Of a stretch of 64,000 nt of DNA, positions 1 to 10,238 are shown piece after piece (the stretch's first letter is position 1; each line of letters starts with the position of its first letter). Under the pieces are notes generated by a model. That model was not told where the DNA came from, searched no databases, and worked only from the letters and a program-made list of their open reading frames with translations. A program made the translations under genes and the position numbers. Source of the DNA: Planctomycetota bacterium (GTDB lineage Bacteria; Planctomycetota; UBA8108; UBA1146); NCBI GenBank assembly GCA_013911165.1, contig JACETR010000002.1:71-64070 (forward strand), given 5' to 3'.

Positions 1-1
1 G

Positions 2-235
2 TGTCTTCATCCGAGCCCACCTTCCGCTGAGGACTGTGGCAGTTGTGCAGAAGTGGGAGTTTTGGGAGTTTTGCCCGGTTTGGTCGGAATTTATCAGTCT
101 CTGGAGGCCTTGAAGCTGATCGCAGGCTTCGGAAAACCCCTGATAGGCAGGATTTTGGCCCTGGATACTCTCTCGGGGGACCAAAGGAAGATCCAGCTCC
201 CCGTTGACAAGGGTTGCGCCTGTAACCCCTGTTAA
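2..235 (+). CDS. moeB: Molybdopterin/thiamine synthase adenylyltransferase (MoeB/ThiF family), C-terminal fragment; 5' end outside window
   Basis: Frame is open from the window start to the stop at 233-235. Translation GVLGVLPGLVGIYQSLEALKLIAGFGKPLIGRILALDTL...CACNPC matches the conserved C-terminal region of MoeB/ThiF E1-like enzymes. Confidence 0.55.
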   Translation, partial: CLHPSPPSAEDCGSCAEVGVLGVLPGLVGIYQSLEALKLIAGFGKPLIGRILALDTLSGDQRKIQLPVDKGCACNPC

Positions 236-413
236 TCAAGCATGTACTCTTGTTGTAAGTAACTATTTGTTAGCATATTAATTTTATCTTAGTTATTGCG
301 GTCGGTCATTAATGTCAGTTTACTTAGGGCGGTTATTCAGCCGGAGGTCCGTGAGTTAACTGCGGATATTCACGGCATCGTGACTGGAAGATATTCAAAA
401 GCGGAAGAAAAAC

Positions 414-1328
414 ATGCCCCTGCCCAGCCTCAAGCCGGTACTGAGAAGTATTGCATTCCTAATCCTGATGACAGGAATAACGGTATCTGGAAATCTTCCA
501 GGAGCGGATGACACCATCTATCTCGGTGGTGCTCATGGCCCGCAAATCTACAATCCACAAGCTCGTATTCAGCCAGGGGGTGTGGAGGAATTTTCATTCT
601 TCTTCATCGATCCTTCCAGCAACATTCAGGGATTCACGATTGCCGCCTGTTTCGAGTCGCCACTCATTGCGTTACCGGGTTCCTTTTCCATCGAAAACAC
701 GGTGCTCGAAGATGTGGGAGCGGAGTACGTCGAACAGCAGTTTGACAATGACGATGACGATGGTGATGGACGTGAAATTCTCATCGGAATTCTCGTCGAT
801 TATCTGCCACCCTTTGCCGGCCAGACTGTTCCTCCCAGTTTTCTCCCACAAGAGATCGGCTATTTTGAGTTTTATGCACCGGAAGATGCTCAGTGTTTCG
901 AGTGCTATACAGTTGAGTTCTGCGACAACATCAACGGTACCGGGGGAGTGTTTCTGTCGAACAGGGTCGTGATTGGCAACCAGTCAATTCCACCTGTGTT
1001 GTCTTATCCCGGACAGATCTGTGTCCCGGCTACGGCATTGTTCATTCGTGGTGATAGCAACAATGACGGAATCGTCGATGTCGCGGATCCGATCTTCTCT
1101 TTGCACTATCTCTTTACGGATGGCCTGCAACCTAGTTGCATGGATGCTGCTGACGCAGACGATGATGGTTTCTACAACATTACCGATGTGGTGTTCACGC
1201 TTTATTTTGTTTTTGGTATCGGTATCGCACCGCCGTATCCCTATCCGGAATGCGGACTGGAAGATTACCCTGGAGAGGATGATTTCAACTGTATTCAACC
1301 TTCCGGTGGTTGTCCGGAATGCCCCTGA
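414..1328 (+). CDS. Secreted protein with C-terminal tandem dockerin-like (type I) calcium-binding repeats and Cys-rich tail
   Basis: N-terminal signal peptide (MPLPSLKPVLRSIAFLILMTGITVSG). Two dockerin-type repeats (DSNNDGIVDVADPIFSLHYLF and DADDDGFYNITDVVFTLYFVF), then PPYPYPECG...GGCPECP tail. AT-rich upstream intergenic region. Confidence 0.7.
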   Translation: MPLPSLKPVLRSIAFLILMTGITVSGNLPGADDTIYLGGAHGPQIYNPQARIQPGGVEEFSFFFIDPSSNIQGFTIAACFESPLIALPGSFSIENTVLEDVGAEYVEQQFDNDDDDGDGREILIGILVDYLPPFAGQTVPPSFLPQEIGYFEFYAPEDAQCFECYTVEFCDNINGTGGVFLSNRVVIGNQSIPPVLSYPGQICVPATALFIRGDSNNDGIVDVADPIFSLHYLFTDGLQPSCMDAADADDDGFYNITDVVFTLYFVFGIGIAPPYPYPECGLEDYPGEDDFNCIQPSGGCPECP

Positions 1329-3097
1329 TGAAACGCGGGATCAGGTTCAAAATGCGTCATATCCTTCTCTGTCTGCTTATTCCTGTTTTATTCTCAACCA
1401 CGGTTTTGGGGGCAGATCGCTTTGTACCCGGTCAGTTTGCGACCATCACGGAAGCGATCGCCGCTTCCAATGACGGTGATCGTGTTCTCGTATCCCAGGG
1501 AACCTATGAGGAGTTCGTCGATTATTCTGGTAAAGCGATTGAGGTGATCGGGGTTGATGGGCCAGACCTGACGATTCTTGAGGGAGCGGCTTCTTTTCTG
1601 TCAGTAGCAAAGATCGATGCACCTTCAGGGAGCAGTCGATTGGAAGGATTCACCCTCCAGAATGGCTTCGGTGTCAGCTGTGGAGATCCTTTGACGATTT
1701 GTGGCGGCGGCGTGGTCATTCTCCAGTCTTCCGCGGTGATTGAGAATTGCATCTTAGTGGGAAACACATCCTCAAATGGCGGTGGATTACATGCTGAAGA
1801 GTCGTCTGTAATTCTCACGGGCTGCACATTCATGAGCAACTTCGCCAATCAGGGAGCAGGTGTTTCCATTGATGGCGGTTCTTGCGAAATTTCACAGTGT
1901 GATTTTATTGATAACACTGCCTATGCCTGGGGGGGCGGTTTGTTCGCCGGTAATGAAGCAGAGTTGACCATCGAAGACTGCAATTTCACCGCAAACAGCA
2001 GTGAATCCGGCGGCGGTTTCATGATGTCAGGGGCGATCGGAACGATGTCGAATTGCCTGATTGATGGTAATCAGGCATTTGATGAAGGAGGCGGCGGCCT
2101 CTTCGAGCAGTTTGCCAACTTCTCTGTCAGTGGGCTTCAGGTGATCCAGAATACGGCCAGTGATGGTGGGGGCCTGGGGATTACCCATTTCTCCACAGTT
2201 GACCTGGCCGACAGTGAGATCAGCCTCAACAGTGCGGACAACGACGGCGGTGGAATCTACAGTTTTGAGAACTTTTCCACTTATCGCAGATTGAGAATCG
2301 TGGGTAACAGTGCGGATCAGCGTGGGGGTGGCATGATGTTGCGCTTCTTCGGCGATCCTCTCGTGGAGAACTGTCTCATTCTGGATAATCAGGCAACCGT
2401 TTCAGGCGGTGGAATCGGCTGTGCAGAGGACGTTTCACCCCAGATTCTCCACTGCACACTCGACCGAAATACCACTCTCGGTTTGGGTGGCGGCATTCGC
2501 GCTGACAACCTTTGTTTCCCGACACTCGTCAATTGCATCATCTGGCGCAATCGGGCCCAGCAGGAAACGGGAGTCTCCACTGGTCCACAGTCCAGCTTCG
2601 ATTTGATTCACGTTTTGATGCAGGGAGCAGATCCGGATGATCCGCTGGTGTTTCAGCAGGATGCTGAGCTGGATGATTTCGGGTATCCGAGTGAGTGTTC
2701 GGCAGCCATCGATGAAGGCACCGACGAATATCCCGGACTTCCTGACACTGATATTGACGGTGTCTCGCGGCCTCAGGGACTGCGGCGTGATCTCGGTGCC
2801 CATGAGGCTCCCGGTTATGGCCACTGTTTCGTGAGGGGAGACTGTAACGGAAATCAGGCGGTGGAAATTGCGGATGCCCTGTTGGTTCTGGGCTATCTGT
2901 TCAATGGGGAAGAAGTCACCGGTTGTGTGGAAGCCTGTGATTTTCAGGATGACGGTTTTATCTCTGTGACCGATGCGATCCAAACCATCTCATTGTTGTT
3001 CTCGGGTGGATCTCCCCCCGCACAGCCTTACCCCTTTCCCGGACCTGACGTAAATTTGCTCAATAGCCAAATCAACGAGTGCTGGGTCTTGCCCTAG
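1328..3097 (+). CDS. Secreted right-handed parallel beta-helix repeat protein with C-terminal dockerin-like repeats
   Basis: ATG at 1328 overlaps the upstream TGA (TGATG). Signal peptide MKRGIRFKMRHILLCLLIPVLFSTTVLGA. About 12 degenerate repeats of the type N-x-(S/A)-x-x-GGG(L/I), typical of pectate-lyase-like beta-helices. C-terminal dockerin repeats (DCNGNQAVEIADALLVLGYLF / DFQDDGFISVTDAIQTISLLF) followed by PPAQPYPFPG tail. Confidence 0.7.
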   Translation: MKRGIRFKMRHILLCLLIPVLFSTTVLGADRFVPGQFATITEAIAASNDGDRVLVSQGTYEEFVDYSGKAIEVIGVDGPDLTILEGAASFLSVAKIDAPSGSSRLEGFTLQNGFGVSCGDPLTICGGGVVILQSSAVIENCILVGNTSSNGGGLHAEESSVILTGCTFMSNFANQGAGVSIDGGSCEISQCDFIDNTAYAWGGGLFAGNEAELTIEDCNFTANSSESGGGFMMSGAIGTMSNCLIDGNQAFDEGGGGLFEQFANFSVSGLQVIQNTASDGGGLGITHFSTVDLADSEISLNSADNDGGGIYSFENFSTYRRLRIVGNSADQRGGGMMLRFFGDPLVENCLILDNQATVSGGGIGCAEDVSPQILHCTLDRNTTLGLGGGIRADNLCFPTLVNCIIWRNRAQQETGVSTGPQSSFDLIHVLMQGADPDDPLVFQQDAELDDFGYPSECSAAIDEGTDEYPGLPDTDIDGVSRPQGLRRDLGAHEAPGYGHCFVRGDCNGNQAVEIADALLVLGYLFNGEEVTGCVEACDFQDDGFISVTDAIQTISLLFSGGSPPAQPYPFPGPDVNLLNSQINECWVLP

Positions 3098-3111
3098 TCC
3101 TGATTTGTCTC

Positions 3112-4572
3112 TTACGCCAGAAGATCCTTGACGACATTCCCATGCACATCGGTGAGACGGAAATCTCGCCCTTGGTAGGGGTACGTCAACTGCTCGTGAT
3201 CAAAACCCATCAGGTGCAGGATCGTCGCCTGCAGATCGTGGACTCCAACGGGGTCGCGGGTGATGCGATAGCCGAATTCGTCAGTCTCACCATGGGTGTA
3301 ACCGCCCTTCACCCCACCTCCTGCCATCCACATCGAGTAGCAATGGGGGTGATGGTCCCGACCGAGATAGGTCGAGCCGTTCCGCTCTTCATTCATCGCG
3401 GTCCGTCCAAACTCTCCGGTCCAGATAACCAACGTATCGTCGAGTAGCCCCCGTTGGCGCAGGTCTTTGATCAGTGCAGCAACCGGTCGATCGGTCTCCT
3501 GACATTTTTTGGGCAGTTGGTGAATGATGTCGTCACTGGGATTGGTGCCATGGGTATCCCAGCCCCAGTCGAAGAGTTGAACGAAGCGGACGTCCTGCTC
3601 CACCATCCTGCGGGCGAGGAGGCAATTGCGGGCGAAGCTCGATGGTTCATCGCCGATGCCATACATCTCCAGGGTCCTGGGGTCTTCCTTGCCAAGGTCC
3701 ATCACCTCGGGAACCGAAGTCTGCATGCGATAGGCGAGTTCATACTGCTCGATACGGGTGATCGTTTCCGGGTCGGCATCCTTTGTAGCAGCGATACGGT
3801 CCAGAGCCTGAATCGCATCGATGCTGCCACGACGAGTCACGCCATCGATTCCGGGAGGGTTGCCCAGATAGAGCACCGGATCACCGCTGGTTCGACACTG
3901 GACTCCCTGATGTACCGAAGGAAGGAATCCGGATCCCCAGACACTTTTCCCGGAGCTGGGAGTTTTACCCCCTGATACGAGAACCACATAGGAAGGCAGG
4001 TTTTGATTGGCACTGCCGAGGCCCCACGTCAGCCAGGAACCCATCGAAGGGCGTCCGAACCGTGGGGATCCCGTGTAGATGAACATTTGCGCAGGAGCGT
4101 GATTGAACTGATCGGTATGCATGGAGTGGATCATGCAAATTTCTTCTGAGACCTTGCTCAACTCCGGCATCAGTTCTGAAAACTGCATCCCGGTTTTTGA
4201 GTGACGCTGAAACTCGTAGGGGCTGGCCAGAATCTTTGGGTGTCCCTTGATGAAGGGAAAGATTTCATTGGCCATCAGGTGGTCAGGGCAAGGTTGTCCA
4301 TCCAGCTCCTTGAGCAGGGGCTTCGGATCGAAGAGATCCTGTTGCGGAGGAGATCCGGCCAGATGAATGGCGATGACCCGGCGAGCACGGGGCTTGAAGT
4401 GGGGGTTTCCGGGCAGCCACGACGTATCGGTATCCGTGTCAGCAAACAGTTTCTGACCCATACCTGAGAAGGCGATACCGCCGATGCCCAAGCCGATACG
4501 CCCAAGAAACCAGCGACGGGTAATCTCCTGATGGTGCTCCAGAAAATGTTGGTTCTGAGGATTCATCTTCAT
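3112..4572 (-). CDS. DUF1501 family protein (sulfatase-like fold) with twin-arginine signal
   Basis: Tat motif RRWFLGRIGLGIGGIA near the N-terminus. Length about 486 aa. Start is adjacent to (3-nt overlap with) the stop of the upstream PSD1 gene, the canonical planctomycete PSD1-DUF1501 pair. Confidence 0.8.
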   Translation of the reverse strand: MKMNPQNQHFLEHHQEITRRWFLGRIGLGIGGIAFSGMGQKLFADTDTDTSWLPGNPHFKPRARRVIAIHLAGSPPQQDLFDPKPLLKELDGQPCPDHLMANEIFPFIKGHPKILASPYEFQRHSKTGMQFSELMPELSKVSEEICMIHSMHTDQFNHAPAQMFIYTGSPRFGRPSMGSWLTWGLGSANQNLPSYVVLVSGGKTPSSGKSVWGSGFLPSVHQGVQCRTSGDPVLYLGNPPGIDGVTRRGSIDAIQALDRIAATKDADPETITRIEQYELAYRMQTSVPEVMDLGKEDPRTLEMYGIGDEPSSFARNCLLARRMVEQDVRFVQLFDWGWDTHGTNPSDDIIHQLPKKCQETDRPVAALIKDLRQRGLLDDTLVIWTGEFGRTAMNEERNGSTYLGRDHHPHCYSMWMAGGGVKGGYTHGETDEFGYRITRDPVGVHDLQATILHLMGFDHEQLTYPYQGRDFRLTDVHGNVVKDLLA

Positions 4573-7500
4573 CTTCTCACCAAAACTTCATCGAGGTTGA
4601 GAATCACATTCGCCACCATCACCATCGCCGCCTTGCTTGCAATCTCCGTCGGCGAAGTCTGTGGCCAGCGAACCGATTCGAGGAGCAGGGTGGCCTGTTC
4701 CGGATTTTCGAGGAATCGACGCTGCTCTTCCTGCAGATAATCGTGGAGTGTTGCAAACTCCTCGGCATCCGGGAGGCGGCAGGTCGCAAGACGGAAAGCG
4801 AGTCGCAGGGCTTCCTTGTTGTCTTCATGTTGAATCAAGCTGCGGTGGGCGAGGCCTCCTGCTGCTTCCAGATACACCGGGTCGTTGAGTGTGACCAGTG
4901 CCTGAAGTGGCGTGTTGGTTCGAATCCTCCGGGAATGACACACCTGTCGATCCGGTGAATCAAAGATCAGCATCGCCGGGTATGGAGCCGTGCGTCGCCA
5001 GTAGGTGTAGATACTGCGACGCACCCGATCCTCACCACTGCTGGTGGGCCACTGGGAGCCGTTGTAGACGACCTGCCAGACTCCGTCCGGTTGTGGGGGA
5101 TAAACCGGAGGGCCGTGCATCTTGGGTGAAAGCAGGCCACCGATGGCCAATGCCTGATCTCGGATCGTTTCTGCGGGCAGGCGCACTCGTGAAGAACGGG
5201 CGAGCCAGCGGTTTTGTGGATCCAGCATCTGTTGGGTTTCGTCGACACGGCTACTGCGTCGGTAGGTTTCGCTGGTGAGAATTCTCCGCAACAGTTTTTT
5301 CATGCTCCAGCCATCATCCGTTTGCCAGGTGACTGCCAGATAATCGAGGAGGTCGCCATGGCTGGGTAAGTCTCCCTGTGTTCCCAGATCTTCGACGGTG
5401 GGTACCAGTCCAAGGCCAAAGATCTGTTCCCAAATCCGGTTCACCTGAACCCGGGCTGTCAGCGGATTACTCGGATCGATCAGCCAGCGGGCAAAGCGCA
5501 GGCGACTCGGTTTTTCTGAAACGGCGAAGGGTGGCAAAAATGCCGGGGCCGCTGCGGAGACCACCTGCCCCGGTTGCAGGTAGGAACCACGCTGCAGTAA
5601 ATGGGTCGCCCGTTCCTTCCCGGTGGCGAGGGGTTGGAGGATGGGCAATGGCAGGGCTCGTCGCTCAATTCGGGTGATCTCTTCACGCTGGTGGGCAATG
5701 GCGCTTCGCGCCGGGAAGAGGGCGCGCCTGCCGAAGATCGAGATTTCACGCCTCCACCACTCATGCACCCGGTTTCTTGCTTCGGCGTTACCGTCACGGG
5801 CGGGTTCGATGGAAGAGCGGATCTCTGCAGGAAGGAGATCCTGATCAAACTCGTTGGCCGCAGCGAGGAAGTCGGGGAAGAGAATTTCCGGATGGGCCGC
5901 CGGTGGATTTTTTCGCATCAGGCGAACTCCACCCCATTCGATCTCGCCACCGACCTGGGTCAGTGCGAGACCGTTGAGTCGCGACCCGGGCATCATTCCC
6001 ACCGTGGAGGCGGGAATTTGCAGCACTTGCCATTCGGGATTCTGCAGTGGGTCAACCTCGGGAGTCATCGGCCAGCGAGAACTCGTTCCCGGTTGCCCCC
6101 ACGGGATTCGATCATCGCCCCAATAGGCCCGATGTTCCCAGGCGGAAGCATCGGCAGCGTGAACCTGCAGCATCAGGGTATTCGGAGCCTTTCGAATCCT
6201 GACGTGGATCGCAAAGACATCTCCTTCAGCAAGCGTCACAGGGTGCAGGCTGCGATCGAAATAAACCTGACGCGTCTGCTGATCGGGGGCGGTCTGGTGG
6301 ATCACATGGGAGATGCCTGGAGGGGCCACTTCATCCAGAGCCGTCCATACCCAGGGAGTGACGCGGTCATCGATGGTTTCAGTCGCCAGTGGCAGGGTGT
6401 AGCCGGACCAGACCAGATCACGCCACAGTGCAGTCAGGGGCAGGACGGTGCGATCGACTTCAGGAAGTGGTTGATGGCGGTACTGCTCTTCCAACTCCTG
6501 AAGCACGGTTTTGGCGGAGTCCAGTTCTTGCTGATCCGGAACGGAAAGGTAGGGCAAGGTCGGAAACTCATCGTTGCGATCTGCGTCTTCGGTCTGATTG
6601 AAAATATCGTAGAGCTGGTAGTACTCCAACTGTGACAGGGGATCGTATTTGTGATCGTGACATTGGGCACAGGAGGCGGTCAGACCCATCCATACCTGCA
6701 TCGTCGTGTTCACCCGATCCACCACCGCTGCTACCCGGAACTCCTCATCCTGGGTTCCGCCTTCATCGTTGGTCAGGGTATTGCGGTGAAACGCTGTGGC
6801 GATGCGAGTCTCGGTGTCGGCATCGGTGAGCAGGTCGCCAGCGATCTGCTCCAGTGTAAAGCGATCGAAGGGCATGTCCTCGTTGAGGGCCCGAATTACC
6901 CAGTCTCGCCAGGGCCAGATGTGCCGATGTCCATCCTGTTCGTATCCCTTGGTATCGGCGTAGCGTGCCAGATCGAGCCAAGGGCTCGCCCAACGTTCCC
7001 CAAAGGTGGGCAATGAAAGCAGGTGGTCGATCCAGCGAACCCAGGCCCCCTGCGAATCCTCCGAATGATCTTTGAGGAAACGGTCGAGATCCTTCAGATC
7101 CGGCGGCAGGCCGGTCAGATCGAGGGCCGCCCTGCGAGCGAGGATCTCCGGATCTGCCATGGCTGAAGCGGAGAGCCCTTGCTCTTTGATAGCGGCATCG
7201 ATGAAGGCATCGATGGGATTCCATCGTTCAAGAGGAGGGGGGATCCTGGTCGGAGCTGTGAAACTCCAGTGTTCCTTCCATGGTGCGCCCGCATCGATCC
7301 AGGCGAGGAGGATGCTCTTCTCCCGCTCATCCAGTGACTCATGAAAGTCGGGGGGAGGCATTTGGTCATCCGGATCGTCGGTCGTGATTCGCTGTCCGAG
7401 GAGACTCTCATTCGAGTTTCCGGGCGTGATGACCTCCAGGGCTTCACTCTCGAGATCGAGGCGAAGACTGCCGCGACGTGTCTGTTGGTCCGGGCCGTGA

Positions 7501-7640
7501 CAGGGGAGGCAATGACGAGAGAGAATCGGACGGACTTCAGAGGCGAAATCTGGCGGAATGGAGACGGAATCACCCCCGCGGCCCTGTGTAAAGACACAGA
7601 ACAACAGAGCCATTAACCATGTGACCATGCGATGGTGCAT
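4569..7640 (-). CDS. PSD1-type protein: planctomycete cytochrome-c-like domain (PSCyt1) + DUF1549 + DUF1553
   Basis: N-terminal signal peptide. CLPCHGPDQQTRRGSLRLDL heme-binding-like motif (CxxCH). Central region WIDHLLSLPTFGERWASPWLDLARYADTKGYEQD is typical of DUF1549. 1023 aa. Paired with the downstream DUF1501 gene. Confidence 0.8.
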   Translation of the reverse strand: MHHRMVTWLMALLFCVFTQGRGGDSVSIPPDFASEVRPILSRHCLPCHGPDQQTRRGSLRLDLESEALEVITPGNSNESLLGQRITTDDPDDQMPPPDFHESLDEREKSILLAWIDAGAPWKEHWSFTAPTRIPPPLERWNPIDAFIDAAIKEQGLSASAMADPEILARRAALDLTGLPPDLKDLDRFLKDHSEDSQGAWVRWIDHLLSLPTFGERWASPWLDLARYADTKGYEQDGHRHIWPWRDWVIRALNEDMPFDRFTLEQIAGDLLTDADTETRIATAFHRNTLTNDEGGTQDEEFRVAAVVDRVNTTMQVWMGLTASCAQCHDHKYDPLSQLEYYQLYDIFNQTEDADRNDEFPTLPYLSVPDQQELDSAKTVLQELEEQYRHQPLPEVDRTVLPLTALWRDLVWSGYTLPLATETIDDRVTPWVWTALDEVAPPGISHVIHQTAPDQQTRQVYFDRSLHPVTLAEGDVFAIHVRIRKAPNTLMLQVHAADASAWEHRAYWGDDRIPWGQPGTSSRWPMTPEVDPLQNPEWQVLQIPASTVGMMPGSRLNGLALTQVGGEIEWGGVRLMRKNPPAAHPEILFPDFLAAANEFDQDLLPAEIRSSIEPARDGNAEARNRVHEWWRREISIFGRRALFPARSAIAHQREEITRIERRALPLPILQPLATGKERATHLLQRGSYLQPGQVVSAAAPAFLPPFAVSEKPSRLRFARWLIDPSNPLTARVQVNRIWEQIFGLGLVPTVEDLGTQGDLPSHGDLLDYLAVTWQTDDGWSMKKLLRRILTSETYRRSSRVDETQQMLDPQNRWLARSSRVRLPAETIRDQALAIGGLLSPKMHGPPVYPPQPDGVWQVVYNGSQWPTSSGEDRVRRSIYTYWRRTAPYPAMLIFDSPDRQVCHSRRIRTNTPLQALVTLNDPVYLEAAGGLAHRSLIQHEDNKEALRLAFRLATCRLPDAEEFATLHDYLQEEQRRFLENPEQATLLLESVRWPQTSPTEIASKAAMVMVANVILNLDEVLVRR

Positions 7641-7703
7641 TCGGACCTCCCGCCCACATTATCCCTCAAAAATGCCACGGAGAAACGGGGAAGGCTTCGG
7701 AGT

Positions 7704-8429
7704 TCAGGCGAAGAGCTGGTCGTTGGAAGGGTGCCAGCCAAAGAGTCGATATGCGGGAAGCAGCCGCTCCCACTCGTCGACGATCCGCTGACGGAATCCC
7801 CCCGAGGTGACAAAGAGGGAGTCCTTCTCGATCTGCTTTTCAATGTGAATCCAGTGCTCACCCGGCGTGAAGTGTTTTCTCACCGACTTCCATTCGATGT
7901 CGTCTACCGAGGGGCAGGGACGGGAAGTTTTGTTGTCATGGATTCGCAAATCGTATCCATCGAGATTTCGCATGGCGGAACCGAGTGCTTCCCGGCAACT
8001 CTGTTTACCCATTTGGCGCCGCAGATTTTCACCGTCCCACCATGCTTTGGGATGAACTTTGAGTCCAATCATCAAGCCCTGATGGTGGATCTCCAAAACC
8101 AGGAGGGCGTGGAAGTAATCACTGCCCAGGTCTTCACCAATTTCCTGACCGAGGTGTGCTTCGAGTGCCTTGCGTTCTTCATCGCTGCGGGAGAGATAGA
8201 CCCATTGACGATCGACCTTGAAGGAATTGATTTTGTGGGGATGGTGGAGGCTCGCACGGGAAGTGAAATCCCGAACGCCATCTGAAAGGGTTGCTGCACC
8301 GGCTTTGCCGATCTCATCGAGTTTGCGACGGACCTCCAGGCGCGCATCGTTATATTCTGCGTTTCCCTGAACCCCCGGGGCAAATCGCTCAAAATCTCCC
8401 GGTAGAAACCGGTAACCCTCAGCGTTCAT
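7704..8429 (-). CDS. Hypothetical protein (no recognisable domain)
   Basis: 241-aa ORF on the minus strand, divergent from the kynurenine operon. No signal peptide or known motif recognised by eye. Confidence 0.4.
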   Translation of the reverse strand: MNAEGYRFLPGDFERFAPGVQGNAEYNDARLEVRRKLDEIGKAGAATLSDGVRDFTSRASLHHPHKINSFKVDRQWVYLSRSDEERKALEAHLGQEIGEDLGSDYFHALLVLEIHHQGLMIGLKVHPKAWWDGENLRRQMGKQSCREALGSAMRNLDGYDLRIHDNKTSRPCPSVDDIEWKSVRKHFTPGEHWIHIEKQIEKDSLFVTSGGFRQRIVDEWERLLPAYRLFGWHPSNDQLFA

Positions 8430-8605
8430 GTGTCTCTTTTCCCATCGATCAATGCGAGTTTCCTGCCATTCATGGCCGGGAAATCCGTCGATTAGGCCCC
8501 CCGGCCAAGTTGCCGAAGTTGGGGCAAAGGATTACTGTATAACGATATCTGTGCAGTGTTCAAGCGGGCCTTTGTTGACCGCCTGAACCGCCAGCCTGAA
8601 AGGCG

Positions 8606-9127
8606 TTGATCATGTCCAAGTTGTCAGCATTCTCTCTCAAGGAATGGATCGACGAGCATCGTCATCTGCTCAAGCCTCCTGTTGGTAATCAGGTCGTTTG
8701 GAAGAATACCGATTTCATCGTCATGATCGTAGGTGGACCCAATCTTCGTAAAGATTATCACATCAATGAAACCGAAGAGTTCTTCCACCAGTTGGAGGGG
8801 GACATGGTTCTCCGGATCAAGGAGGACGGTGAAGTCCGCGACATCGAGATCCGTGAAGGGGATGTCTTTCTTCTGCCACCCGGTATTCCCCATTCACCCC
8901 AGCGGGGAGAGGGTACCGTCGGCATGGTGGTCGAGCGGAAGCGCCCGGACGGTGTCGAGGACCAGTTCGTCGTCTATTGTGATGAATGCGAACACAAGGT
9001 GCTGCATGCCCAGTTTGTGCTGACCGATATCGTTGGCCAACTGAAACCATTGCTGGGCAACTTCTGGGACAATGAAGACCAGCGTACCTGTTCCGAGTGC
9101 GGTGCAGTGGTCCAGCCAGTCCGCTGA
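8606..9127 (+). CDS. nbaC: 3-hydroxyanthranilate 3,4-dioxygenase (cupin)
   Basis: WIDEHRHLLKPPVGNQVVWKN...FHQLEGDMVLRIKEDGEVRDIEIREGDVFLLPPGIPHSPQR...CDECEHKV is the characteristic HAAO cupin core plus a C-terminal Cys-rich (rubredoxin-like) site. Confidence 0.85.
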   Translation: MIMSKLSAFSLKEWIDEHRHLLKPPVGNQVVWKNTDFIVMIVGGPNLRKDYHINETEEFFHQLEGDMVLRIKEDGEVRDIEIREGDVFLLPPGIPHSPQRGEGTVGMVVERKRPDGVEDQFVVYCDECEHKVLHAQFVLTDIVGQLKPLLGNFWDNEDQRTCSECGAVVQPVR

Positions 9128-9197
9128 TCAGAAACTGAATTTCATTGACGGATCGAAACATTGATTCAGCAGGCGTGACGAAACCCAGGAGATCTGC

Positions 9198-10238
9198 ATG
9201 TCCCTCAAGATAGATTTGCACACCCATATTCTTCCGCAGCAGTGGCCCGATCTTGCGCAAAGATATGGCTACGATGGATTTGTCACCATTGAGCATCATG
9301 CTCCCTGCTGTGCCCGACTTTGGAAAGATGGGAAGTTCTTCCGCGAAATCGACGACCGTTGCTGGAGTCCTGAACGCAGAATTCAGGACTGTGATCAGCA
9401 GGGGGTCGATGTGCAGGCGTTGTCGACGGTTCCGATCATGTTCAGTTACTGGGCAAAGGCCACGGATGCCCACGACCTCTCAAAGCTGCTGAACGATCAC
9501 ATTGCAGAGGTGGTCAAGGATCATCCACAGAGGTTTGTCGGTCTTGGAACGGTTCCGCTTCAGGATCCGGAATTGGCCTGCCTCGAAATGGATCGCTGTG
9601 TGGATGAATTGAATTTCCCCGGGTTACAGATCGGAACCCACTGTGGGAAGTGGAATCTCGACGCCCCGGAACTGTTCCCCGTTCTGGAACATGCCGCTCG
9701 CAGGGGAGTTTCCATCTTCGTTCACCCGTGGGACATGCTCGGGGCTGATCGATTGGGTTCGTACTTCCTCCCCTGGTTGGTGGGAATGCCGGCCGAGACA
9801 AGCCTGGCCATCTGTTCGATGATCTTCGGAGGAATTTTTGATCGTCTGCCGGATCTGAAAATCTGCTTCGCCCATGGAGGCGGTTCATTTCCGGGGACCC
9901 TCGCCAGAATCGAAAAAGGTTACAAGGCGAGGCCCGATCTCTGTGCCGTCAATGGGTGCGGTGCTCCCAGTGACTACATTGGCAAATTTTATCTCGACAC
10001 CCTCGTCCATGATCCTGAGATGTTGCATCAGGTCATGGCCATGTTTGGCGTAGAGAAGCTGGCTCTTGGCAGTGATTATCCATTTCCGCTCGGAGAGGAT
10101 CATCCGGGTGCAATGATTGAGGCGATGGAAAAACTGACGGAGCACGAGCGCAGCAGAATGTTGGGCGGAACAGCCCTGGAATTTCTCGGACTTCAGGAGG
10201 ATTCCTTTTCTGGTGCGTCGGGGGGTGGAGAACGATGA
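9198..10238 (+). CDS. nbaD: 2-amino-3-carboxymuconate-6-semialdehyde decarboxylase (amidohydrolase 2 family)
   Basis: N-terminus KIDLHTHILPQQWPDLAQRYGYDGFVTIEHH matches the ACMSD metal-binding HxH start. Amidohydrolase-2 length (346 aa). Operon position between HAAO and kynureninase. Confidence 0.75.
   Translation: MSLKIDLHTHILPQQWPDLAQRYGYDGFVTIEHHAPCCARLWKDGKFFREIDDRCWSPERRIQDCDQQGVDVQALSTVPIMFSYWAKATDAHDLSKLLNDHIAEVVKDHPQRFVGLGTVPLQDPELACLEMDRCVDELNFPGLQIGTHCGKWNLDAPELFPVLEHAARRGVSIFVHPWDMLGADRLGSYFLPWLVGMPAETSLAICSMIFGGIFDRLPDLKICFAHGGGSFPGTLARIEKGYKARPDLCAVNGCGAPSDYIGKFYLDTLVHDPEMLHQVMAMFGVEKLALGSDYPFPLGEDHPGAMIEAMEKLTEHERSRMLGGTALEFLGLQEDSFSGASGGGER

Noticed and set aside
235-413. AT-rich 180-bp intergenic stretch examined for tRNA/sRNA
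   Set aside because: No cloverleaf-compatible stems or conserved tRNA boxes. Most simply the promoter region of the first dockerin gene.
5601-6635. 344-aa plus-strand ORF inside the PSD1 gene
   Set aside because: Antisense to a gene with a recognisable domain series. Its translation is low-complexity (Gly/Arg/Pro rich), typical of a wrong frame.
8430-8605. Possible sigma-70-like promoter (TTGACC ...) upstream of HAAO
   Set aside because: The -10 candidate is weak and planctomycete promoter consensus is poorly defined. Not reported as a feature.
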